This document shows positions 40,890-49,754 of a stretch of 64,000 nucleotides of DNA, in pieces. The stretch lies in contig NJBI01000009.1 of assembly GCA_005222975.1 (NCBI GenBank), positions 20,449 to 84,448 on the forward strand, given 5' to 3'. This DNA comes from Promethearchaeota archaeon Loki_b31 (GTDB lineage Archaea > Asgardarchaeota > Lokiarchaeia > Sigyniarchaeales > SOKP01). Both the position numbers and the translations under genes were made by a program. The notes beneath the pieces were generated by a model. It was not told the DNA's origin. It ran no database searches and worked only from the letters and a program-made list of their open reading frames with translations. Position 1 is the first letter of the stretch. Each line of letters opens with the position of its first letter.

Positions 40890-41334
40890 GATGAAGATAG
40901 AACTTTTTACTATGCGATACTACCACGATATTATTAATCTATGGAAAAGATCGGGAATAGAAGTAAGCTCATCAGACACCCAAGACGAGATAGCTAAGAT
41001 ACTAAAGCGAAATCCCGATCTATTTCTAATCGGTAAGGAAGGTGAAAATGTTGTAGCAGTAGGAATAGGTGCTTTTGATGGAAGAAGAGGTTATGTGCAT
41101 CATCTTGCTATAGATCCAGATTATCAAAAAAAAAAGTACGGCAAAATGATGATGGACGATTTAATAGAAAGATTTCGCAAAAAAAAAGTACACAAAGTTC
41201 ACTTATTTATCGAGAAACATAATGAAGAAGTAGTAGATTTTTATAAGAAATTAGGATGGGATATTAGAGACGATTTAATTATGATGAGCTTTGTCCCGGA
41301 TAAAAGTTTGTATAAAAGAGACGTTGAAATTTAA
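40882..41334 (+). CDS. GNAT acetyltransferase
   Basis: GRRGYVHHLAIDPDYQKKKYG, N..VVDFYKKLGW. Confidence 0.9.
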   Translation: MIKMKIELFTMRYYHDIINLWKRSGIEVSSSDTQDEIAKILKRNPDLFLIGKEGENVVAVGIGAFDGRRGYVHHLAIDPDYQKKKYGKMMMDDLIERFRKKKVHKVHLFIEKHNEEVVDFYKKLGWDIRDDLIMMSFVPDKSLYKRDVEI

Positions 41335-41441
41335 ATATCCTATTTTTAACTATCATCATACTTTTTTTTAGTTTATATTAAAATTTTATATATTATTGGA
41401 AGAATATAATCATACTTACAACTATTCAATTGTGATCAAAA

Positions 41442-43214
41442 ATGAGTGACGAAATTAACGAATATTGGATGCAAAATTGGCCTGAGGAAACCCCTAGACA
41501 TGTTGAGTATGATGACATTTCTTTAGGTCAAATGTTAAGAAACACAACAGAAACTTACCCCGAAAGTGAAGTTATTTACTTTGAAGGGTTTAGGATGAAA
41601 TATAAGGAATTAGATGTTTTCGTAGATCAGTTTGCTACAGCTCTATACTATATGGGAATAAAAAAAGGCGATGTTGTTCTTATAAATTTGCCAAATACAC
41701 CTCAATTTGTAATTGCTTACTTTGCTCTTGTAAGAATTGGGGCTATAGCTAACCCGATTATTCCATTAAATAGATTCTCAGAGATTGTACATCAAGCGAA
41801 CGACTCTAAAGGTAAAATGATGATTATTTTAGATGTTCTATATGAAGAGCATCTACACGGTAAGGATTTAAGTAAGATGCCTACTTTAAAGGACATCATT
41901 CTAACAGGTGTTGCAGAATATCTGCCAAAAATCAAGGCAAAATTAGGAACAGCTTTAGGTAAGGTTCCTAGAATGAAAAAGTGGCCCACTAAAGTTGGAG
42001 ATGTAAATTTTCATAAATTTCAAGATGTTTTACAAAATGGGCTTCCGATTAATTTACCGGATGTGAAAATAAATCCTAAAGAAGATGTTTCTACGCTAAT
42101 TTATACGGGTGGGACAACTGGTTTACCTAAAGGTTGTATGATGTCTCATTCGAATTTTGTTGTAAACGCTCAGCAAGGGAACACTTGGGTTCAAACCCAA
42201 TTGCCGGAGATACAAGATGTTATGGGTAAAGGGGGAATGTTTGTAGTTTTACCTTTAGCACACGAATTTGCATTATCAATAGCTATGAATATTGGCATTT
42301 CAAATGGTTATAAATTAATACTATTTATTAAGCCTCCAGAAAAGCTTTCAAAAATATTAGACCTTATTCAGAAAGAAGGAGCAACTTTTGGACCCGGCGT
42401 ACCCACATTATGGAATAAAATTAGCCAAGACCCTGACTCTAAAAAGTACAAAAATAAGCTTCCAACGCTTGTAGCCTGTTTGAGTGGGGCTGCTCCTCTT
42501 CCTTTAGAAGTTAAACAGGAATTTGAGGATTTAACGGGATCTTTAATAATCGAGGGCTTTGGTATGAGCGAGACGAGTCCTATTTTAACAGTAACACCCT
42601 TCCATAAATATAAAGAAAACACAGTTGGGTTTCCCGTTTCAGATACATTAATAAAAATTGTGGATGCTGAGGATGGTATCAAAATCCTACCTCAATGCCA
42701 AAACGAAAGCTGCGAAAATTGTGGCGTCGATGAGTCACAATATATTGGAGAAATTTGCGGTTCTGGGCCTCAAGTTTTTATGGGTTATTTAAATAGACCT
42801 GAAGCGACTGAATATGCGCTAAGAAAAGACTCTAAGGGAAGAACATGGTATTACACCGCCGATATCGGATGTATTGATAAGGATGGTTATTTACGCATCA
42901 AAGATCGAAAAAGAGATATGATCAAATACAAGGGACACTCAGTATTTCCAAGAGAAGTAGAGGATTTATTATACCAACTCGAATATATTAACGAAGTTGG
43001 CGTTATAGGCGTTCCAGATCCAGAAGTTGGAGAAAATATTAAAGCGTATATATCCTTAAAACCAGAATTTCAAGGTAAAGTTACTGAGGAAGATATTACG
43101 AAATGGGCTAAAGAAAATATTTCTGCTTTCAAATACCCTCGAATAATTGAAATCATACCAGAGTTGCCAAAATCCGTAGTGGGTAAAATTTTGAGAAGAG
43201 AACTTCGAGAATAA
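41442..43214 (+). CDS. long-chain fatty-acid-CoA ligase
   Basis: YTGGTTGLPKG, EGFGMSE, DRKRDMI, LPKSVVGKILRR. Confidence 0.92.
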   Translation: MSDEINEYWMQNWPEETPRHVEYDDISLGQMLRNTTETYPESEVIYFEGFRMKYKELDVFVDQFATALYYMGIKKGDVVLINLPNTPQFVIAYFALVRIGAIANPIIPLNRFSEIVHQANDSKGKMMIILDVLYEEHLHGKDLSKMPTLKDIILTGVAEYLPKIKAKLGTALGKVPRMKKWPTKVGDVNFHKFQDVLQNGLPINLPDVKINPKEDVSTLIYTGGTTGLPKGCMMSHSNFVVNAQQGNTWVQTQLPEIQDVMGKGGMFVVLPLAHEFALSIAMNIGISNGYKLILFIKPPEKLSKILDLIQKEGATFGPGVPTLWNKISQDPDSKKYKNKLPTLVACLSGAAPLPLEVKQEFEDLTGSLIIEGFGMSETSPILTVTPFHKYKENTVGFPVSDTLIKIVDAEDGIKILPQCQNESCENCGVDESQYIGEICGSGPQVFMGYLNRPEATEYALRKDSKGRTWYYTADIGCIDKDGYLRIKDRKRDMIKYKGHSVFPREVEDLLYQLEYINEVGVIGVPDPEVGENIKAYISLKPEFQGKVTEEDITKWAKENISAFKYPRIIEIIPELPKSVVGKILRRELRE

Positions 43215-43287
43215 TTAAAAAAACATATTTTATTCCTTTTTTTTTTGTTAATATTAAATAAAAAAAAATTATTATTGTAATAGACTT

Positions 43288-43545
43288 TTACTGGATATTG
43301 CGAAATGGAACTAATCTAATTGCTTTATTAGGACATCTATGGTAACATACAGAACAACCCCCACAATAAGATTCAGTTATAATTGTTATAGCTTTTCCCT
43401 CGTCGTTAAATTTTCTAATATTGAGTGGACAATATATTACGCAAGTTCCACATGATTTACACTTAGATAATTCTGTTATCGCTTTATACGATAATTTGGA
43501 TAATTCTCTGATTTTTTTTTGTAATTTAGGTAAGGCTGTTTTCAT
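43288..43545 (-). CDS. 2x[4Fe-4S] ferredoxin
   Basis: two CxxCxxCxxxCP motifs. Confidence 0.9.
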   Translation of the reverse strand: MKTALPKLQKKIRELSKLSYKAITELSKCKSCGTCVIYCPLNIRKFNDEGKAITIITESYCGGCSVCYHRCPNKAIRLVPFRNIQ

Positions 43546-43615
43546 TATTTAAAAAAATAAATTATTATTCAAAAAGAGTTTGAAAAAAAAAATTGTGGAT
43601 TTTTTCACGAATTTT

Positions 43616-44638
43616 TTAAGAGATATTAGCACATAATTTCTTTAATATTTTTTCTGCTCCGTTTGAAAAACTGGTAATGATATCCCCAACATCCATTATC
43701 GAGTCAATAAGACCACATGTTTGCCCCACTGGAATAGCTCCATTATCTACTTCTCCTTGAGTGTATACGATTTCGTAATGATGAAGATCTTCCATAAATC
43801 CATCCAGATCGTACGATAATTCTTGAGAAATTTTTTCTTCTTTTGTCATGAGCGCTCCATGTTCTAAGCAGTATTTATTTTTCAATAATCTTATTGGTCC
43901 AAACCCACCGGTAGTAAGCATTGTATCTCGAGCTGTCGCAGGTGGAATTAATGCTTTATAATTAGGATGGAATTCGCTTTCACTAGAAGCTATAAATCGT
44001 GTCCCCATAGCAACAGCATCAGCCCCCATAGCTAATCCCGCAGCTACCCCTTCTGGACTTGCAATACCCCCACAAGCAATTAATGGTTTTTCGGGGTATT
44101 TTTTGGCAACCTGTGTAACCAGAACTAATGTAGTAATCCCTTCATAACTTTGATGACCGCCCCCTTCCGTACCCGTAGCAACAACACCATCGCATCCTGC
44201 AGCATATACTTTATCAACTAGCCATAAAGCTGGAGCGACGTGATAGTGCATGATATGAGGTGCCTTTTGTTTTAATATCTTACTAGCATTTCGTGGACCT
44301 CCTGCACTTGTTAGCAAATAGATTAACTGTTCGCGAATTTTTGGATTTGTATTACTCAATTGAGCAATTTTTCTTAACATAATCTTATGATCCGTCTGAA
44401 TGCGAGCAGTTCTAATATTAACGCCGAATGGTTTATCTGTATGTTCAATTACATAATCTAACTGCTTCATCATATCTTTTATAGAATTTTTTCCTTGTAA
44501 AGTTGCATGACTTACAACTCCAAGTCCCCCCGCCTCAGAAACAGCGATAGATAATTCAGTCGTGTAGAATGGACCCATCGGAGCGCTAAATATTGGATAT
44601 TTTATCCCAAATGATTCTGTTATTTTAGTTTTAATCAT
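43616..44638 (-). CDS. nitronate monooxygenase / FabK-like flavoprotein (paralog of the 29237 gene)
   Basis: APMGPFYT, GTEGGGHQ, MGTRF; ATG at 44638. Confidence 0.9.
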   Translation of the reverse strand: MIKTKITESFGIKYPIFSAPMGPFYTTELSIAVSEAGGLGVVSHATLQGKNSIKDMMKQLDYVIEHTDKPFGVNIRTARIQTDHKIMLRKIAQLSNTNPKIREQLIYLLTSAGGPRNASKILKQKAPHIMHYHVAPALWLVDKVYAAGCDGVVATGTEGGGHQSYEGITTLVLVTQVAKKYPEKPLIACGGIASPEGVAAGLAMGADAVAMGTRFIASSESEFHPNYKALIPPATARDTMLTTGGFGPIRLLKNKYCLEHGALMTKEEKISQELSYDLDGFMEDLHHYEIVYTQGEVDNGAIPVGQTCGLIDSIMDVGDIITSFSNGAEKILKKLCANIS

Positions 44639-44768
44639 ATTTGATTTATTCCTATTTTTAAAATTATGATAGTTAATAATACTTTTTTGCAATTAAAAAA
44701 GATATTCTTCTTAAGTTTAAATAAAAAAAAGATGCTTGAATCTGAACATTAACAGGGGTTTATTAAAA

Positions 44769-45254
44769 CTATTTTTCTATGTAATCGGTTTTAGAAGCAA
44801 TGATATTTGTAATACTTCCATTGGGAGTTAAATCAGAGTATTCCACCATTACTTCCTCATTTGTATATTTTTCAATCATAGCTGCCATAACCATAGCCAT
44901 TGGACACACCCCTTTAGTACCTGCAACTGTATGAGCAGATCTTGCCATGAAACAATTATTCAAGGAAAAAACATACGAACCATCAGGTCTTTTCTTAAGA
45001 GAAGCGTTATCAACCAATAGTGAAGTTTTTAATAACTTTATAAACCTTTTTCCAAAATCTTCAATATTTTCTCCTTCTATTGGCTCAATACCCAATTTTT
45101 CAGTTGCTTCCATAGACTCTTTTATTGCGGGAAACATATAATCACGAAATCCAATTTTTCCTAAAGTTTCGTCAATGCCAGCTTGAAGAGTAAAAATCCC
45201 CACGTGAAATAAACCCGAGATAAATCCAAACTCCTTTGGCATCATTTTATCCAT
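44769..45254 (-). CDS. V4R/methanogen-output-domain-like protein
   Basis: NNCFMA..H....VCPMA motif; ~160 aa. Confidence 0.55.
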   Translation of the reverse strand: MDKMMPKEFGFISGLFHVGIFTLQAGIDETLGKIGFRDYMFPAIKESMEATEKLGIEPIEGENIEDFGKRFIKLLKTSLLVDNASLKKRPDGSYVFSLNNCFMARSAHTVAGTKGVCPMAMVMAAMIEKYTNEEVMVEYSDLTPNGSITNIIASKTDYIEK

Positions 45255-45303
45255 TAATTTACGCTTTAATCCTATTTTTTTTCACCTTTTATGAATTTCT
45301 TAA

Positions 45304-45621
45304 TTATACATTATTCCATACACTATTAAAGATTTCTTCAGTTTTTTCTATAATCATTTTATGTTCTATTACTTTTGTCATAGGAAATAAGACCATTATA
45401 TACTTATGTTCCCTTTTTGAGATTGAAATCAATTTTTTTTCTGAAGAAATTACAATGCTATTTACCTCACCAGCTTCAAATTCTTTTGAAAATTTTTTGA
45501 CTAAATTTATTAACATTCCTCCAATTGAGATTTGACGTGGCGAAGAAAATTTAGGAGGAACTTCGGAAAAAACAACTTTTTCTTGTATTTCATCAAATAC
45601 AATAATTCCTTCTACTTGCAC
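45304..45621 (-). CDS. roadblock/longin-like small domain protein
   Basis: clear paralog of the C-terminal half of the 46301-47116 protein. Confidence 0.65.
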   Translation of the reverse strand: MQVEGIIVFDEIQEKVVFSEVPPKFSSPRQISIGGMLINLVKKFSKEFEAGEVNSIVISSEKKLISISKREHKYIMVLFPMTKVIEHKMIIEKTEEIFNSVWNNV

Positions 45622-45724
45622 TTTATATTTTAATTCCTCCAGTTAATTTTAAATTAATTTAATAAATATTTATCGAAATATAATTTCTTTTCGTCAGCAT
45701 ATTTAAAATTTTGTTAAAAAAATC

Positions 45725-46282
45725 TTATAAATTACCTTTATATTTTTCATATAATACTCTAATTATTTTTTGGAACGCTTCGGTCACCCCTTGATTTGTT
45801 TTCGCAGAAGTTCGAAAAACTCCAATAAAGTTCTTCTCTTTAATGAAGTTTTGAATATATGTATCATCTAACTTATCTTCATTAATTAAATCTACTTTAT
45901 TTGCAAAAATAATGATAGGAATATCACCACAACTCTGTTTAATGTCCTTATACCAATCAACAATGTGATTGAGACTTTCTTTACCAAGATCATTTTCTTC
46001 GAGGGAATAAACAATAATTGCAGCTTTACTTTCTTCATAAAAATCAGAACGTAAAAATTCAAACTCCTTTTGACCAGCAATATCCCAAAAATATAATTTA
46101 CATTCGTCTCCATTTATTTTCTCATCATAAAAAGAAAATTGGGCGCCTATAGTAGAGATATAATCTTCCTCAAAAGTACCATGAGTATACTTTTTAATTA
46201 GAGATGTTTTTCCAACTCCCCCATCTCCAATAACAGTTATTTTAAATACAAATTTTAAATGTGTATCATTCATTAGTTTCAA
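45725..46282 (-). CDS. Rab/Ras-like small GTPase
   Basis: GDGGVGKT, STIG, WDIAGQ, NKVD, TSAK; no C-terminal Cys. Confidence 0.95.
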   Translation of the reverse strand: MKLMNDTHLKFVFKITVIGDGGVGKTSLIKKYTHGTFEEDYISTIGAQFSFYDEKINGDECKLYFWDIAGQKEFEFLRSDFYEESKAAIIVYSLEENDLGKESLNHIVDWYKDIKQSCGDIPIIIFANKVDLINEDKLDDTYIQNFIKEKNFIGVFRTSAKTNQGVTEAFQKIIRVLYEKYKGNL

Positions 46283-46300
46283 TCAAATCCATTCGAATTT

Positions 46301-47116
46301 TTATTTTAATAATTCAATCTTTAACATTTTCAAAATGTCATCTAAAATTTCTTCAGTTTTTTCCACAATTATATTAAGTTCAATATTTTTTGTTTTGGAA
46401 AATAAAACAATTATGTAAATATAATCTCTTTTCGAGACACAAATCCACCGATTCTCTGAAGAGATTAATATACAATGTACATCTCCTCCTTGATATTCAT
46501 ATGATAATTTTTTAGCAAAATTTATTAACATTCCACTCATCGAAATTTGTTTTTTAGATGAATATTCTTCTGGAACTTTAGCAAAAAGAATTTTTTCTTG
46601 GTTTTCATCAAATAGAATTATTCCTTCGGATTGCACCTTATAACCAAATTCTTCTAATAAGCCTTCAATAAGCGGTTGTTCCATGAACTGTAATATGTAA
46701 TTGTTAAAATCTGAGAAGATGGTTATATTTCCATTACGAATTGGGAGGTGTTCTTGATATACTTCTAAAAATTTAGTTGATATTTTGTTTAGGATGTAAA
46801 TAATTACTTGATTTGGTAGATCGTCATAGCATTGTATACAAAAAGTAATTTTCTCGAAGTTATTATAAAATAATTTATGACCACTCATTATTAAGGATTT
46901 AACTATCGTACCTGGAATTAATTTCTCACCAAACTTCTTAATAGCTGTGAAAAATCCAGACACTATATTTTCATCCAAATTTTCAGGTTTTATACCACAG
47001 CTTGTCAAACAAACCCCTGCGTTATCATAAATATAAATTGATTCAACATAATTTTCTATTGCTTTTTTTTCCTCTAATAACTCGCCCTTGTCCGTACTCA
47101 TATTTCTATCACCCAT
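46301..47116 (-). CDS. tandem longin/roadblock-like domain protein
   Basis: IYIYDNAGVCL...SGFFTAIKKF...F..Y...F.DF longin-like pattern plus a second similar domain. Confidence 0.7.
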   Translation of the reverse strand: MGDRNMSTDKGELLEEKKAIENYVESIYIYDNAGVCLTSCGIKPENLDENIVSGFFTAIKKFGEKLIPGTIVKSLIMSGHKLFYNNFEKITFCIQCYDDLPNQVIIYILNKISTKFLEVYQEHLPIRNGNITIFSDFNNYILQFMEQPLIEGLLEEFGYKVQSEGIILFDENQEKILFAKVPEEYSSKKQISMSGMLINFAKKLSYEYQGGDVHCILISSENRWICVSKRDYIYIIVLFSKTKNIELNIIVEKTEEILDDILKMLKIELLK

Positions 47117-47120
47117 TTCT

Positions 47121-47363
47121 CTATTTTATTTTTTTATTTAAATTATCAATATGAGATTTTAATTTAGAATTTTCAGCTTGGCATTGGTTTAATTGTTCTT
47201 GTAATTTTTGGTTCTGTATAACAGTTTTATTCGCGTTTAGCAAGGTTTGATATAATTGATTCTTAGCCTTCTTTAAATCCTTTTCCAAAGTCTTTACATA
47301 CTGATCTTTATCAGATACATATGGCCATTCCTCTGCCATTGAATTTCCCTTCTGAATTTTCAT
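47121..47363 (-). CDS. small coiled-coil protein
   Basis: heptad-rich 80 aa ORF; likely start at MAEEW. Confidence 0.55.
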   Translation of the reverse strand: MKIQKGNSMAEEWPYVSDKDQYVKTLEKDLKKAKNQLYQTLLNANKTVIQNQKLQEQLNQCQAENSKLKSHIDNLNKKIK

Positions 47364-47430
47364 ATTCTTTTTTTTTTTTCATTTCTGTATTATCTTACTT
47401 TTAATACATAATTATTTTTATATATAATAT

Positions 47431-48117
47431 TTATTTTTGAGATACTTTTTCTGCTTTAGGTTGTCTAGTGAAATAGCCAATAGTGCCACAATTCTTACAT
47501 TTTTGAGAATTATCATCTAGAAAGACCATAGTTTTGTTGAAACAAGTAGGACAAATGAAGAGTACTTCTTCTATCTTCTCCTCAGGAATTTCTACAATCA
47601 TATCTATATTAGGAACTATTGGTGTTGTAATACAATACATACAAAAACACCTTTTTTTAGTAGCTTCAAGAACCTCATTTAATTTTTGTATAGGTGCGTC
47701 ACTCTCAACAAATATTTCAAGTTTATAGTTCTCAACAGCAGCAATTCCATCCTCAATCCCAAATCCAGTGGTTAAATCAATATCTGCAACTATTCTGATA
47801 TCAAGTTTTTTCAATTCAATTCCCGCCATTGCAGACCATTTAGCAAAAGCTGCAGAAAAGCATCCACAAAAACCAGCCATACAATAATGAACAGGATGTA
47901 CTGCAGTTCCTCCTCCACCAAGGATTATTGTTTCATCCGTTTGTACAGTAATTTCCCCAGCTCTTTCTGTTTTCAGTTTGGTTTCGAATTGTGGTCCATA
48001 TTCTACGTCTAATCTCCATCTACCTTTTACTTCTATGGTTTTTTTACATTTGGACCGGTCTTTTCTATATTCTTCTTGTACCTTTTTGAATCCGTCTAGA
48101 TCAATTCTATTAAGCAT
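47431..48117 (-). CDS. OsmC-family protein with C-terminal Zn ribbon
   Basis: DE...LGGGG..P...GFCGC, C-terminal CPTC...CKNC. Confidence 0.8.
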   Translation of the reverse strand: MLNRIDLDGFKKVQEEYRKDRSKCKKTIEVKGRWRLDVEYGPQFETKLKTERAGEITVQTDETIILGGGGTAVHPVHYCMAGFCGCFSAAFAKWSAMAGIELKKLDIRIVADIDLTTGFGIEDGIAAVENYKLEIFVESDAPIQKLNEVLEATKKRCFCMYCITTPIVPNIDMIVEIPEEKIEEVLFICPTCFNKTMVFLDDNSQKCKNCGTIGYFTRQPKAEKVSQK

Positions 48118-48406
48118 TAAGGAACTCCAATAAACTTATTACTAAGTTTAGTATTAAATTAGTTAAACTCTTATATAAACATATTTTCCTTTTTGTCATT
48201 TTATACAAGAAAGTACAATTAAATATACAAAATCTATTAACTTTTTTATTATTTTCGAACAATCTAATTTACAAAAATGTAAACAATAATAATAAATACA
48301 CAAATCTCTTTATCGGTTATTTGAGGAATTAAAATTTAATTAGGATTCTAACAATAAATTAATCATAATAAAAAATTCTAAATAAAATTATATCAAAGTG
48401 ATAAGA

Positions 48407-49754
48407 ATGAAAAAAGTAGCTATTATTGGAGTTGGAATTACTCCTTTTAAAGCAAGATATATGGATAAAACGCATTTCGAATTAGCGTATGACGCGACCA
48501 AGCTCGCTTTGGAAGACGCAAATAAAAATGGGGCTGAAATAACTCATAAAGATTTAGAATCAACGGTTTATGGAATATATAATGAACTTTTTGAACGCCA
48601 ATTCATGCCCGACATCTTTATAAACTCGTACATCGGAATGAACAACAAACCAGGAACTCGAATCGCGTCTGGGGGCGCAACTGGGGGGTATACTGTACGG
48701 ATGGCTTACTCTGAAGTTGCTTCAGGGCTTTCGGATCTGTGCCTCTGCTTAGGCGTAGAAAAGTGTAATGACTGTTACGACGAAAAAACGGGCACGACAA
48801 CACCAGAGGTTCTAAATGCAATCGCTTATTCTGCCGATATGACTTACGAAAAAATGTTGTAATATTCTACACATCTCGTAAATATCCTATGGGCATGATG
48901 GCGGCCAGCTCTTATGTAAGCATGGTTAATGCGCACTTTGAAGAATTCGGAAATCCCACCGAGGATCAAATGGCTTAACACTATAATATTTAGTTAAGTG
49001 GGCTAATGTCTCGGTTAAGAATCATGGAAACGCTTTGTTGAATCCAATTGCACAATCACCTATGAAGCTATCTCTTGATGACATCCTCTTCTCAAGGATA
49101 ATATGCTATCCTTTCAAGATGCTTGATTGCTGCCTTTATTCCGAAGCTTCGGCAGCTTTAATATTAGCAAGCGAAGAAAAGGTAAAGGAATTAAAGATTG
49201 AGAATCCAATTTGGATAACTGGTGTAGGTGCTGCGAATACAGATTGTTTTATCGGTAATCGGGAAGAAATAGGGCGGTTATATTCAAATGTTTACGCAGC
49301 AAAGGCAGCTTACAAGATGGCGGGATTGGACTATAATAAGATCAAACAACAAATCGATTTGGCAGAGCTTCACGATGCCTTCTCTGGACATTACTTGTCA
49401 TAAAGACAATTTGCCAGTCAAGAAGTCATCTCCTATGAAGAACTCGGTTTTGTATCTTTTGGAGAAGGAGGTCCATGGATTGAAAAAACATTTGAAAAAC
49501 CTGGAGAAGGCCCTTGGTTAGAGGGAGAACTCCCGTGTTGTCCTTCAGGTGGCTTGATAGGTTGTGGCCATGCTGTTGGTGCGACGGGAATTATGAGCAC
49601 TGGAGAGGCTACCCTTCAATTAAGAGGGGAGGCAGGTAAACATCAAGTACCAATTGCTAAAGGGAGAGCTATATCTCATTCTATTGGAGGTCCTGGTGCC
49701 GCCTATGCTGCGGTAATCGTAATGACAAACGAGGAGGGGTTGAAAAAACCATGA
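48407..49754 (+). CDS. SCP2-type thiolase-family protein encoded in 4 exons (48407-48850, 48883-48977, 49007-49389, 49420-49754); 418 aa after splicing
   Basis: KKVAIIGVG, GVEK, VSVKNH..ALLNP, ELHDAF, EELGF, SGGL..GH.VGATG; removing three BHB inserts (91 nt) gives one 1257-nt ORF. Confidence 0.88.
48851..48882 (+). other. putative BHB mRNA intron 1 of thiolase (32 nt)
   Basis: central helix UACG/CGUA, bulges AAA and AAU, inner stem AUGU/ACAU. Confidence 0.8.
48978..49006 (+). other. putative BHB mRNA intron 2 of thiolase (29 nt)
   Basis: central helix GGCU/GGCU (2 GU pairs), bulges UAA and AAU, inner stem CACU/AGUG. Confidence 0.75.
49390..49419 (+). other. putative BHB mRNA intron 3 of thiolase (30 nt, in-frame stop)
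   Basis: central helix CUGG/CCAG, bulges ACA and UCA, exon stem CUUCU/AGAAG, inner stem UUGUC/GACAA. Confidence 0.88.

Noticed and set aside
42691-42737. Possible BHB intron in the acyl-CoA ligase (CUCA/UGAG helix)
   Set aside because: The inner stem does not abut a 3-nt bulge, and canonical cuts would remove 40 nt and break an intact ORF.
48398-49754. Three separate thiolase fragments as in the ORF track, or programmed frameshift/readthrough
   Set aside because: Each break carries ~30 extra nt relative to the family consensus, which frameshifting or readthrough would not remove.
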